Position numbers and translations under genes: made by a program. The notes beneath the pieces were generated by a model. The model had not been told where the DNA came from. It did not search any database and worked only from the letters and a program-made list of their open reading frames with translations. Positions 18,666 to 28,709 of a stretch of 64,000 nucleotides of DNA are shown here, piece by piece. The DNA is from Robiginitomaculum sp. GTDB taxonomy: Bacteria > Pseudomonadota > Alphaproteobacteria > Caulobacterales > Maricaulaceae. The number at the start of each line of letters is the position of its first letter. Position 1 is the stretch's first letter. The DNA lies in contig JAJFFN010000038.1 of NCBI GenBank assembly GCA_021776635.1, forward strand, positions 87,990 through 151,989, read 5' to 3'.

Positions 18666-18805
18666 TACATCGCGCAAATTTGGCAATATATAGTAGTTAA
18701 TTTGCTGTTGATAACTATATATAGATAAAGGGCTTTTATTTATGACAAAACTGTCATCTCAAGGGACTTGACGAATGCTTATTAAAACACGAGATATAAG
18801 GTATT

Positions 18806-19168
18806 ATGACAAAAACATTTCCCCTTCCCGGTAACGGGCAAAATTTATTCCAGTCCGTGCTCAGGGCATTATTTATAATTGCAGCTACGATTGGCGGTTT
18901 TTTTATTTTTGCAGCTTCGGCAGCATTCGCCTTATTTATCGTTCTCGGTATTTTAATCTTAGGTGTCATCGCATTTGCCGTCCTATGGCTTCGTGCCAAA
19001 ATTCTTGGGAAATCACTTCGCCCTGAGAGTAAAATGTGGACCTTCCAAAGCTTTGACAGCAATAAAACCACCACGAAGTCCAATAAAGACGGAACGCAGA
19101 AGAAAACCGACGGCCCTGTGCTTGATGCACACCAAACACCGGATGGTTGGAGCGTGGATACTGATTAA
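18806..19168 (+). CDS. Hypothetical membrane protein
   Basis: Two TM helices, C-terminal GPVLDAHQTPDGWSVD motif. Confidence 0.75.
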   Translation: MTKTFPLPGNGQNLFQSVLRALFIIAATIGGFFIFAASAAFALFIVLGILILGVIAFAVLWLRAKILGKSLRPESKMWTFQSFDSNKTTTKSNKDGTQKKTDGPVLDAHQTPDGWSVDTD

Positions 19169-19238
19169 ATTATCAATTACTCTTTTTACGCACCAAGTGT
19201 TTGGACATGGTTAGTTTGGGCCATGCTTTTTGTTTTTG

Positions 19239-20513
19239 TTAATACTCAGCACCGTCTTGTACGGCTTGTAAAACTCGTAGCAAATTACCACCCCATATTT
19301 TCTCTATTTCGGCCTCACTATAGCCACGCTTAAGCAATTCTTTGGTTATGTTTAGAGTTTCGCTCGCATCTTGCCAGCCAGTGATACCGCCGCCGCCATC
19401 AAAGTCAGACGCAATACCCACATGGTCAATACCTGCTATTTTTACAACATGGTCAATATGGTTTACAAAATCCACAACATTGGCCTTGGCGTCAATGTCA
19501 TAAACTTCCTCTAAAGCTTTGAAATATTTACCAATTACCTCAGGGCTACTGCTAAATAATTTCGCGTCAGTTTCCAAGCCCATTTTTATCCGCACGTCAG
19601 TCTTGAATTTTTCTTGTGCAGGCGTCAGAGCTTTTACATATGAACCAAGGGCAACCATCTGTGCGACCCCGCCATTTGCCGCAATCGCTGTTAATTGTTC
19701 ATCGTCTAGGTTTCGTAAGCTTTTTGCTACACCCATAACACCGGAATGCGATGCAATGACTGGAACCGAAGACATAGCTGTTGCCTGCATCATTGTTGTC
19801 TTTCCAGCATGGGATACATCTACCATAATCCCTGCTTTATTTAGCGCGATAACCAATTCCTTACCGAGCGCAGACAAGCCCCCGTACATGCTCTCTGTTT
19901 CTCCCCATTGCGTTTTTGGGTTTGAACTGTCGCCAAACTGGTTATGCCCCATATGCGTGATGCCCATATAGCGCACACCGCGTGCGGCCCACATAGGGAC
20001 ATCTTCTACGGAAGCACCTAGGGGAAATGCGTTTTCCATACCGATAAGAGCGACTTTCTTGCCAGATTTATGTATACGGCGCACATCATCCGCTGTCTTG
20101 GCCAATTCAATACGGTCCGCATACGTCTTGGTGAGCTTATGGATGGCAGTAAAACGTGTTTCTGCTATCTCACGGGCTTTTGCATATTTAGTGTTCTCGG
20201 CTGTCACTTCTAAAATATTTGTTTGCGGCGTATAGACAATAAAAAATGCGGCGTCTAACCCTCCGACGTCCATCTTAGCCAGATCAACTTGTGCATCCGT
20301 GCCCGTTCCAGGGTCCATAGCCTCTGTCATATAGTTCAGAGGTATATCTACATGGGTATCCAAAGTTATAACATTTTGGTGCACAGTTTCAGGTGCTACT
20401 TCTTGTTTGGTTTCTTGTTTGGCTTCTGGTGTTCCCTTTGGTGAACATGCCGTAAGCGCTAATACGCTGGCAGAAAATAAAAATAACGATGCATATTGTC
20501 TAAACTGTTTCAT
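19239..20513 (-). CDS. Membrane dipeptidase (peptidase M19), lipoprotein
   Basis: Lipobox LTAC, DTHVD, GMENA, DVSH, ASHS, GIASDFDGG. Confidence 0.94.
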   Translation of the reverse strand: MKQFRQYASLFLFSASVLALTACSPKGTPEAKQETKQEVAPETVHQNVITLDTHVDIPLNYMTEAMDPGTGTDAQVDLAKMDVGGLDAAFFIVYTPQTNILEVTAENTKYAKAREIAETRFTAIHKLTKTYADRIELAKTADDVRRIHKSGKKVALIGMENAFPLGASVEDVPMWAARGVRYMGITHMGHNQFGDSSNPKTQWGETESMYGGLSALGKELVIALNKAGIMVDVSHAGKTTMMQATAMSSVPVIASHSGVMGVAKSLRNLDDEQLTAIAANGGVAQMVALGSYVKALTPAQEKFKTDVRIKMGLETDAKLFSSSPEVIGKYFKALEEVYDIDAKANVVDFVNHIDHVVKIAGIDHVGIASDFDGGGGITGWQDASETLNITKELLKRGYSEAEIEKIWGGNLLRVLQAVQDGAEY

Positions 20514-20630
20514 GGAATTCCCCTAAATTTTATGTTCTAAGTGTCGCGTAATATATTCGCCAATTACTATTTAAAACAAGTCTATGCAGATTATCAACTA
20601 ATGACAAATGGAATCGAGTTTTCTATATAG

Positions 20631-21254
20631 ATGCTTATGAGCACACTAACTGACCATGTACCTGAACAAGCACCGCGTATTGGCAATGCTTTTACCCGTT
20701 TTCTCGGGCGTCTCCTCTTAGGGCTACGCGGCTATAAGATCGAAGGCAAATTTGCCAATGAACCAAAAATGATCTTAATTGCTGCACCACACACATCTAA
20801 TTGGGATTTAATTATTGCCTTGGGAACAATCTTATCACTTGGGGTGCGCATAAACTTCATGATGAAAAAAGAAGCCTTTTTCTTTCCTCTCAAAGGGTTT
20901 TTCATAGCACTTGGCGGCGTACCGCTTGACCGAAGCAGCCCCAAAAAAGCCGTTGTACAAACTATTAAACAATTTCGCAATAACGAAAAATTTTGGCTCG
21001 CTATTCTCCCCGAAGGTACACGTAAGCCTGTAGATATCTGGAAGGCAGGTTTTATCCGTATTGCCCGTAATGCCAATGTGCCTGTTTTCATGATGGGCCT
21101 GGATAGCCGCACCAAAACATTATACTTGGACAAAATTGTTCTAAACACACAAGACCTCAAAAACAAACCGGCAGGAATTGCAATTGAACAAGCAGAAAAG
21201 CTAAGAATATATGCTAAGGAAAAATACTATGGTATCAATCCCAAAAACAACTAA
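20631..21254 (+). CDS. Lysophospholipid acyltransferase (PlsC family)
   Basis: PHTSNWD, PEGTR motifs. Confidence 0.92.
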   Translation: MLMSTLTDHVPEQAPRIGNAFTRFLGRLLLGLRGYKIEGKFANEPKMILIAAPHTSNWDLIIALGTILSLGVRINFMMKKEAFFFPLKGFFIALGGVPLDRSSPKKAVVQTIKQFRNNEKFWLAILPEGTRKPVDIWKAGFIRIARNANVPVFMMGLDSRTKTLYLDKIVLNTQDLKNKPAGIAIEQAEKLRIYAKEKYYGINPKNN

Positions 21255-21261
21255 TGATATT

Positions 21262-21552
21262 TCAAATTAAGCTAAGCCGCTTTAGAGCTAGTTTGGTTGC
21301 AGACACCTCAAGAGTTAATATTGTAAACTGCCCTTTAACATTGCTATGCACCAAACCACTTTTTTTCATCATTCTGATATGATGGGAAAGACTTGGATCT
21401 GCTATATTCGCCTGCTTAGCCAAACCCCCAAAAGTTAGCCCACTAGAACCAGCCGCACGTAGAGCAAGAAAGATAGCAATCCGCCGAGGATGCCCAAGTG
21501 CATCAAAAACAAGCGCCAATTCATTTATTTCCCTAGTTGATGCAGTTTTCAT
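21262..21552 (-). CDS. ArsR/SmtB family transcriptional regulator
   Basis: FDALGHPRRIAIF, LSHHIRMMKKSGLV wHTH pattern. Confidence 0.85.
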   Translation of the reverse strand: MKTASTREINELALVFDALGHPRRIAIFLALRAAGSSGLTFGGLAKQANIADPSLSHHIRMMKKSGLVHSNVKGQFTILTLEVSATKLALKRLSLI

Positions 21553-21556
21553 ATAT

Positions 21557-21588
21557 CTTTACTAAATTAGTAAACTAATTTAGTAAAG
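21557..21588. promoter_or_regulatory. Perfect 15-2-15 inverted repeat, probable ArsR operator
   Basis: ctttactaaattagt aa actaatttagtaaag, 4 bp upstream of the ArsR start codon. Confidence 0.7.
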
Positions 21589-21843
21589 GTGTATGTTTAG
21601 CTAAGTCAAGTATCGCCTGATAGAAATCACGAAACGTACGAAGAACGTATGAAGTAGGATTTTTATAAATAATGTCTAATCGTATCAGAAAACATATGAA
21701 GAACGTATGTAATATGATGATAGCAAATAACGCCCGACTCGGATGATGACACGCATAACCCATCTTTATTACAAATGATGATTTGCTTAAACTATGGATA
21801 TTAAAAACTATAGCTGTTGAGATTGGCTGTTAATTTTATCTAA

Positions 21844-22104
21844 GGTCAGGACCTATTCAATACCTCAATTCTGTTGTTCATAACCGTTTCTGGAGCAAGG
21901 AAAGCTTTCGCAGGACTAGCCAAGCTAATTCAAGACGGGTTTTCGCCGAACCATGGACGGTAATGACCAACCCGTAAGGCTCTTCCTAAGTGTTTCCTGA
22001 GTGCGTTGCAAACCCTTGAAAGTGACTGGCACTTCCTGCGGCCTTGCGCCTGCTCAAAAAACACTTAGGAAGAGCAGAATTAATGTATTGAATAGGTTCT
22101 GACC
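21844..22104. mobile_element. Non-autonomous MITE-like element, 261 bp, 30-bp TIRs, CTAA duplication
   Basis: ggtcaggacctattcaatacctcaattctg / cagaattaatgtattgaataggttctgacc (27/30); CTAA at 21840-21843 and 22105-22108; long internal hairpin; no ORF. Confidence 0.85.
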
Positions 22105-22117
22105 CTAAATCCCGCGA

Positions 22118-23464
22118 CTAGAGCGGTAAAGTCAAGAAACATCTCAACCCTCCAAGTGGGCTTTCTGCCAGTAATAATCTACCACCATGAGCTTGGATAA
22201 TGTCATTGGCAATTGATAAACCAAGCCCAACACCTTTGGTATTTTGGTTCCGCGCTGGGTCAAGGCGAATAAAAGGTTTAAGAACATCTTGTCGTAATGC
22301 CGCCGGGATACCTTGGCCATCATCATCTATGGTTATATGGATATGGGTTTTGCCGCGTCTGACGTGGATATTGGTATTTTTTGCGTATGATGCTGCATTG
22401 TTTATTATGTTTGACAAGGCACGTTTAATTGCAGTTTTTCGAATATTTATTGCCAATTCACCGACGAACGCAATCTTAATTTTTTCACTAGCGTCCCCAA
22501 CTATGTCTTCTAAGAGTATTTTTATATCCGTTATTTGTCTGTCTTCTTCGGACATGTCACGGGCAAAATCTAAATAGCTATCAAGCATTTTTTCCATATC
22601 GAAAATATCATTGCGTGCCGCTTGAGTTTCTTCACTTTTGTTTTCAAGTGCCAGATGTAATTTGAGCCTAGTCAAAGGTGTGCGCAGATCGTGGCTTACA
22701 CTTGCCAAAAGCGTAGTCCTTTGATCAATATGGCGGCCAATTCGGTCTCGCATTTCCAAAAAAGCATGGCCTGCCTGGCGCACTTCTGCGGCACCTGAAG
22801 GTTTAAATTTACCAATACTTCGGCCTTTACCAAAATCCTCGGCAGCTTTTGCCAATTTGACGATCGGCCTTGCTTGATTGAGGATAAACAAAATGCTGAC
22901 CAAGCTGAGTAATACTGTCGCCATTACCAACCAAAACAAGAAAATAAACCCTGTTGGTGCAAATACACGGTCCCTTGGTACGACAAATTTCAATACTTTG
23001 CCGTCAACTTTGACACGGATATCTATGTAGTGAGGATAGCGCGTGGTGTCGTACCAAAACTCATCTGTTAAATTTGAGGCCAATGCTTGACGTAATGTTT
23101 TGTCCAGGGACGAAAAAAACGCCCTGCGGGTTGCTGTCTCTAACGTGTCTTTTGCATCATACACCACAGAAAGTTTCATATTAGGGCGGATCATCTGATC
23201 TAGCCGGGCTAGGCGTTCCGCATCTGGCGCTTGCTTGTAAAGCTCAACAACAACCGCGACATCAGCCGCAACGCTGTCAGAAAGACTTGCTGTTACGGTT
23301 TGCCAATGGGCCTGAAAGAAAAAATAGGCAACAATGATTTGCATCATTGCAATAGGTAACATGATGATTAACAAGGCGCGCCCAAACAGGCTTTTGGGTA
23401 GGTACGATTTTAACCACAGTCTCCTTGAAGATTTTTTTGTAACGTGTTTCTTTGATTTACTCAT
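22118..23464 (-). CDS. Sensor histidine kinase (EnvZ-like)
   Basis: Two TM, HAMP, SHDLRTPL H-box, N/G1/F/G2 boxes. Confidence 0.94.
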   Translation of the reverse strand: MSKSKKHVTKKSSRRLWLKSYLPKSLFGRALLIIMLPIAMMQIIVAYFFFQAHWQTVTASLSDSVAADVAVVVELYKQAPDAERLARLDQMIRPNMKLSVVYDAKDTLETATRRAFFSSLDKTLRQALASNLTDEFWYDTTRYPHYIDIRVKVDGKVLKFVVPRDRVFAPTGFIFLFWLVMATVLLSLVSILFILNQARPIVKLAKAAEDFGKGRSIGKFKPSGAAEVRQAGHAFLEMRDRIGRHIDQRTTLLASVSHDLRTPLTRLKLHLALENKSEETQAARNDIFDMEKMLDSYLDFARDMSEEDRQITDIKILLEDIVGDASEKIKIAFVGELAINIRKTAIKRALSNIINNAASYAKNTNIHVRRGKTHIHITIDDDGQGIPAALRQDVLKPFIRLDPARNQNTKGVGLGLSIANDIIQAHGGRLLLAESPLGGLRCFLTLPL

Positions 23465-24167
23465 TCACCGGTTCCGCCTGTAGGCAATATCCACGGTTGC
23501 GTATAGTCGTCAGGAATTCTGGTTGGGATGGATTGTTTTCCAATTTGCGCCGTAACCGTGTTATTTGCACATCTATGGCACGGTCGCTCTTAGCTTTAAT
23601 TTGCTCGGCTAGGTTTTTGCGACTTACTGCTTGGCCTGTACGCAGAGACAATGTCGCCAGTAATGCTGTTTCACCTGTCGTTAAATGCATACGCATGCCC
23701 GATTTTTCCAAATATTTGCGATCTAAATCAAAGAGATAATCTCCAAAACGTATTTTGTGATGGCGGGGACGCGTGGCTTGACGTTTTAAGATTGCTTTTA
23801 TACGAAGGACGAGCTCTTCTGGTTCAAACGGTTTGGCAAGATAGTCATCGGCACCCAAAGATAAACCATTTATTCTGTCACTTGGTTCTCCGCGTGCTGT
23901 GAGTAATATAATCGGTATATCATCAACATCACGCAGCGATTTGGTGAGCATGAACCCATCTTCACCTGGCATCATGACATCGAGGACTAAAAGATCAAAT
24001 GTTAAGCTATTCATAAACCGCCGTGCTTCAAAAGCATTTGCGGCAATGGAAACACGAAAGCCACTTTTTGACAAAAACCTTTTGAGCAAATTGCGAATAC
24101 GGTCATCATCATCAACCACCAAAAGGTGGGTGTCTTGGAAATTTGTATTTGTATCTAGCTGCGTCAT
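23457..24167 (-). CDS. OmpR-family response regulator
   Basis: VVDDD, LDVMMPGEDG, KPF, C-terminal winged helix. Confidence 0.95.
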   Translation of the reverse strand: MTQLDTNTNFQDTHLLVVDDDDRIRNLLKRFLSKSGFRVSIAANAFEARRFMNSLTFDLLVLDVMMPGEDGFMLTKSLRDVDDIPIILLTARGEPSDRINGLSLGADDYLAKPFEPEELVLRIKAILKRQATRPRHHKIRFGDYLFDLDRKYLEKSGMRMHLTTGETALLATLSLRTGQAVSRKNLAEQIKAKSDRAIDVQITRLRRKLENNPSQPEFLTTIRNRGYCLQAEPVNE

Positions 24168-24266
24168 ATTGCCATTAAAGTTTTGTTTGATATTGATTTA
24201 ACACATTGTTGTTGACTTAAAGGGAAAGCTACACAATATCGAGAAGAAATAAAAGTGGAGAAAATA

Positions 24267-25142
24267 ATGGCTGATGCTGCTTACCATGATCGGGACGGCT
24301 ATATATGGATGGACGGCGCGTTTGTTGACTGGCGCGAAGCTAAAGTCCATGTTTTAACCCATTCCTTGCATTATGGTTCGGGTGTGTTTGAGGGCGACCG
24401 TGCTTATGATGGTGAGATTTATGCACTCCGTGACCACAGCCAACGGTTATTAAATTCTGCCAAACATTTAGGTTATGAAATTCCGTTTAGCGTTGAGGAA
24501 GTTGATAAGGCTTGCATGGATACACTTGCAAAGTCAGGGCTTGGTTCTGCTTATGTGCGGCCAATTGCTTGGCGCGGCAGTGAAATGATGGGCGTTGCTT
24601 CAAAAGGCAATAAAATTCATCTCGCGGTAGCCGTCTGGCATTGGGGTGATTATTTTGATGATAAAATGAAGGGTATTCGCCTTTGTATGGCTGATTGGAA
24701 ACGCCCAGCACCAGACACCATACCGTGCAAGGCTAAGGGGGCAGGGCTGTATATGATTTGCACTCTGGCGAAAGACGCTTCAACTGATAAAGGGTTTGAT
24801 GATGCCTTAATGCTCGACTACAAGGGCAGAATTGCGGAATGCACAGGCGCGCACATTTTTTTCGTCCGTGATGGTGAAATCCATACACCTACAAATGATA
24901 TCCTCTTGGATGGTATTACGCGAAAAGCAGTACTTTTGATGGCTGAAAAACGGGGCATCAATGTCATCAAGCGCGACATTTGGCCAGATGAACTGTCGAC
25001 ATTTAGTGAATGTTTCATTGTCGGCACTGCGGCAGAAATTACACCGGTACGCTCAATCGAACGGCAAAAATATACGCCCGGTGAATTGTCGGTCAATATG
25101 GTCGAAGATTATGATAAATTGGTGCGCGGGAAGCTCGCATAA
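24267..25142 (+). CDS. ilvE: Branched-chain amino acid aminotransferase
   Basis: LHYGSGVFEG, YVRP, LDGITR, GTAAEITP. Confidence 0.95.
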   Translation: MADAAYHDRDGYIWMDGAFVDWREAKVHVLTHSLHYGSGVFEGDRAYDGEIYALRDHSQRLLNSAKHLGYEIPFSVEEVDKACMDTLAKSGLGSAYVRPIAWRGSEMMGVASKGNKIHLAVAVWHWGDYFDDKMKGIRLCMADWKRPAPDTIPCKAKGAGLYMICTLAKDASTDKGFDDALMLDYKGRIAECTGAHIFFVRDGEIHTPTNDILLDGITRKAVLLMAEKRGINVIKRDIWPDELSTFSECFIVGTAAEITPVRSIERQKYTPGELSVNMVEDYDKLVRGKLA

Positions 25143-25143
25143 T

Positions 25144-25761
25144 TTAGGTGCGAAAAGTTTCTTTTACGTAATAATACCCAGTATAAGCCGATAAGATTGC
25201 TGCTAGCCAGAGCAGGGCTATGCCTGCTTTGGATGCCAAAATTGATACATCACCAATATTTGCACTTACTGGCATGACCGAACGTGTACTCACCCCGATT
25301 AAAAACAGTAAGATAGCCAGCATTTCTGCAGCAGTTTTCCATTTTGCCAATTTGGTTGGTGATAGAACAATACCCGCATTTGCGGCATGTTCACGCGTAC
25401 CGCTAATGAAAATATCGCGGAATATAACAATTACGCTCGGTATCAGGACATACCATATGGGCCCAAAACTAATATTCAAGGCAATGAGGCAACCGGCAAC
25501 CAACAGCTTATCAGCTATTGGATCGAGCATACGGCCAAATGCGGAAACTAGTGCCCATTTTCTTGCCAAATAACCATCAAGAAAATCAGTAGCTCCACAT
25601 AAAACAAATAACAATAACAACAGTATAGGCGCATTAGCTAAGCTGCTTATATTGCTGCCAACCGCGAGTATTCCCCACATAAGAAAAGGAATAATTATTA
25701 TACGTCCGATGGTCAATGCATTGGGCAGCCAATAAAATTTGTGACGAGATATTATTGTCAT
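25144..25761 (-). CDS. pgsA: CDP-diacylglycerol--glycerol-3-phosphate 3-phosphatidyltransferase
   Basis: LPNALTIGR, TDFLDGYLARKW...FGRMLDPIADK intact motif; downstream of uvrC. Confidence 0.92.
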   Translation of the reverse strand: MTIISRHKFYWLPNALTIGRIIIIPFLMWGILAVGSNISSLANAPILLLLLFVLCGATDFLDGYLARKWALVSAFGRMLDPIADKLLVAGCLIALNISFGPIWYVLIPSVIVIFRDIFISGTREHAANAGIVLSPTKLAKWKTAAEMLAILLFLIGVSTRSVMPVSANIGDVSILASKAGIALLWLAAILSAYTGYYYVKETFRT

Positions 25762-26492
25762 GTCGAAACACCCTCATTTACATCAGTTTGGTTTTCAACA
25801 AGTTTCTTGCCCGAAAATACTGATAATATAGCAGCCAGCCAAAGCACAGCCAGCCCTATATTCCATATAATCGCGCTGGGCGCATTATAAATTTCTATAC
25901 TATCTTCAACACGTCCGACTGTAAAACTATCTACAATATTTGACAACCACGGCGCTGCGACCAATAAGCAAACGGCAAACATAGCCAATGCATTTTTAAT
26001 GTCCCCGAGCCGTGTTTCTTGGAATTTACTTTTGGAAAATTTCAAACTTTTAAATAAGCCGATGACAATATCACGGATAAATAAGACGAGGACTGGAACT
26101 GCAAAGCTCCAATGCAAGAGGTTGGCTTGCCCGGTAACCCAAATGAGCGACAACAATGTTCCAATAATCAATAAACTATCAGCTATATCATCAAACCAGA
26201 CTAACTTACGAAAAACCGCAGTGGTATTACCTCCGATAAAATCATCTAGAATGTCCGTCATAACTGCAATTAAAAATAATATTGAAGCCAATAATACGAG
26301 TTCCAGATTTAGCGAAAAATAACCTTCTGTATCACTTGGTTTGGAAGACCAGGCTTTGATAATCACAAACATGATAACAGGTGTCAGGCATATTCGGACA
26401 AGTGTTAGCGCGTCTGCCAATGCGCCTCTAATGACTTTTAGACTACGGCTTACATATGATGGATTTTCATTGTCATTCGTTGAAATGGTCAT
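25758..26492 (-). CDS. Divergent CDP-alcohol phosphatidyltransferase-like protein
   Basis: LADALTLVR, TDILDDFIGG...WFDDIADS (degenerate motif), LWLAAILS shared with the adjacent PgsA. Confidence 0.8.
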   Translation of the reverse strand: MTISTNDNENPSYVSRSLKVIRGALADALTLVRICLTPVIMFVIIKAWSSKPSDTEGYFSLNLELVLLASILFLIAVMTDILDDFIGGNTTAVFRKLVWFDDIADSLLIIGTLLSLIWVTGQANLLHWSFAVPVLVLFIRDIVIGLFKSLKFSKSKFQETRLGDIKNALAMFAVCLLVAAPWLSNIVDSFTVGRVEDSIEIYNAPSAIIWNIGLAVLWLAAILSVFSGKKLVENQTDVNEGVST

Positions 26493-28344
26493 GTATATTC
26501 TCCGCAAGTTTTTTGCTTATTCCCTCTACTTTCGCCAAATCTTCAACCGCGGCACCAGCAACAGCCTTGGCAGAACCAAACCATGACAATAAAGCCTTTT
26601 TGCGACTAGGTCCGATTCCTTCAATAGCATCTAGCGGATTAGTGTGCATCTGTTTTTTGCGTTTCGCGCGGTGGGTGCCGATAGCAAATCTGTGGGCTTC
26701 ATCGCGCAATCTTTGTAGATAATATAGCACAGGCGTACGGGCAGGGAGCGTAAATTCGGGCCGACCGATCATGTGAAATGTTTCACGGCCTGCATTTCTA
26801 TCTGGCCCTTTGGCAATCGCAACCAGCGTCGTGCGTTCCAATGCGCCGATCTCCTCTAAGACACCACTAACAGCCGAAAGTTGGCCTTTACCGCCGTCAA
26901 TCAAGACCAAATCTGGCCAAACCAGTCCATCTTCTTTTAGTAGTCGTGAGAAGCGGCGTTGCATGACTTCACGCATCATGGCAAAATCATCCCCTGGTTT
27001 GGTGCGCGTATCTTTGATGTTAAACGTACGGTATTCACGCCGCAGAAATCCTTCGCCGCCGGCAACAATAAATGCTCCGACTGAATTCGTACCTTGTATA
27101 TGACTGTTGTCATATACCTCTATACGCTCTGGAATATCTGGTAAATCAAGAGCGTCGGCTAGTCCTGATAAGAGGCGGTTTTGTGAAGCCGTTTCAGCTA
27201 ATTTACGGGCAAGCGCTTCGCGGGCATTTCGCCGCGCCAATTCTACAAGATCAAATTTTTCTCCACGTTTAGGTCGATATATCCTAAAAGCTTTCCCGCG
27301 TCGTTCGCAAAGGGCAGTCTCCAGTAGTGCTTTGTTAGGTAAGTCCACATTGACGAATAACTGCTTCGGAATAGGTTTTCCCGTATAAAATTGCGCCAAA
27401 AACGCGTCGAGAATATCGGCCGTATCTTGGTCTTTGGCATGGCGTGGATAATAAGCATTTGCGCCCCAGTTTTGTCCCGCTCGGAAAAAGAAAACCTGTA
27501 TACAGGCTTGCCCACCTTCTTGGTTTTCACCTTCTCTGTGAATAGCTGCAATGTCAGCTTCAGCGAAGGTTTTTGGTGCAATATGGGTTTTACCAGTCCG
27601 CACAAATGCCATTGCACGAATTCGGTCGCGAATGTCTGCAGCTTCTTCAAATTGAAGAGCTTTTGCTGCAGATTGCATGCGAGTTTGTAGCCGTTTTTGT
27701 AAAATTTGCGACCGCCCAGATAAAAAATCAGAAGCATCACGGTTTAGCTGTGCATAATCAGATATGGATATCTCGCCAGTGCAGGGGCCAGCACACCTTT
27801 TTATTTGGTGCAGCATACATGGCCGCGACCGCCCCGCATATACACTATCAGAACATGTGCGCAGGCGAAAGGCGCGCTGAAGGGTGTCGATAGTACGGTT
27901 GACCGCGCCAGCAGACGCAAATGGGCCGTAATATTGTCCTTTTTTATTTCGTTTACCTCTATGCTTCATGAGTTGAGCAGCGGGATGGTCTGTGCGCATA
28001 AGAATATATGGGAAGCTTTTATCATCACGGAGTAATATATTGTAACGTGGCTTTAAGCGTTTAATAAGGGAAGCCTCTAGCAAAAGTGCTTCGGTCTCAC
28101 TATCAGTGACTACAAATTCCATGGTTTTTGTGGCGCGTATCATGCGCTGAATTCGGATCGGGTGACGGCCATATTTAGTATAGGCCGTGACACGCTTTTT
28201 TAAATGCTTGGCTTTACCAATATAAAGGAGTTCACCGTGATTGTCGATCATACGGTAAACACCTGGTTTTGCTGGTAAAGTCTTTACATAGGCGGCGATA
28301 ATGTTTGTGCCGCTTCGCGCGTCCATTTGTTCCTTTTTAGCCAT
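26473..28344 (-). CDS. uvrC: Excinuclease ABC subunit C
   Basis: PGVYRM...LYIGKAK, IEVYDNSH, IDGGKGQ, RDEAHRFA, HhH tail. Confidence 0.98.
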   Translation of the reverse strand: MAKKEQMDARSGTNIIAAYVKTLPAKPGVYRMIDNHGELLYIGKAKHLKKRVTAYTKYGRHPIRIQRMIRATKTMEFVVTDSETEALLLEASLIKRLKPRYNILLRDDKSFPYILMRTDHPAAQLMKHRGKRNKKGQYYGPFASAGAVNRTIDTLQRAFRLRTCSDSVYAGRSRPCMLHQIKRCAGPCTGEISISDYAQLNRDASDFLSGRSQILQKRLQTRMQSAAKALQFEEAADIRDRIRAMAFVRTGKTHIAPKTFAEADIAAIHREGENQEGGQACIQVFFFRAGQNWGANAYYPRHAKDQDTADILDAFLAQFYTGKPIPKQLFVNVDLPNKALLETALCERRGKAFRIYRPKRGEKFDLVELARRNAREALARKLAETASQNRLLSGLADALDLPDIPERIEVYDNSHIQGTNSVGAFIVAGGEGFLRREYRTFNIKDTRTKPGDDFAMMREVMQRRFSRLLKEDGLVWPDLVLIDGGKGQLSAVSGVLEEIGALERTTLVAIAKGPDRNAGRETFHMIGRPEFTLPARTPVLYYLQRLRDEAHRFAIGTHRAKRKKQMHTNPLDAIEGIGPSRKKALLSWFGSAKAVAGAAVEDLAKVEGISKKLAENIHDHFNE

Positions 28345-28708
28345 TTCTGCTTAAAATAAATTCTACACCTGCCGTTTCGGCGTTAATGAGGGCGTGTGGT
28401 TTTGCGATACATACTGTGCAGGATTGAACCCTTCTATCCTCTGCCAGTGCCCATTTTGCTATTCGGCCCGCGAGAGTTTCGACCAATTGAACATGGGCCT
28501 CTTGGGCAAATTCGGCTGCTTTTTGTGCCACGCGTGCATAGTCGAGAGTTTCTGCTAATATATCATCTTCAGGCATGGGCATTGTGCCCATATCCAAGCA
28601 GATATCTATGAGTATGACCTGTGTGCTTTCGTGTTCGTGGGGATGCACACCAATAGAGGCTAAAACTTCTAACCCTTCTATTTTTATTTTGGTTGATGAA
28701 GTCGTCAT
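28337..28708 (-). CDS. folB: Dihydroneopterin aldolase
   Basis: IGVHPHE, LDY, LVETLA, IAKP. Confidence 0.9.
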   Translation of the reverse strand: MTTSSTKIKIEGLEVLASIGVHPHEHESTQVILIDICLDMGTMPMPEDDILAETLDYARVAQKAAEFAQEAHVQLVETLAGRIAKWALAEDRRVQSCTVCIAKPHALINAETAGVEFILSRNG

Positions 28709-28709
28709 G

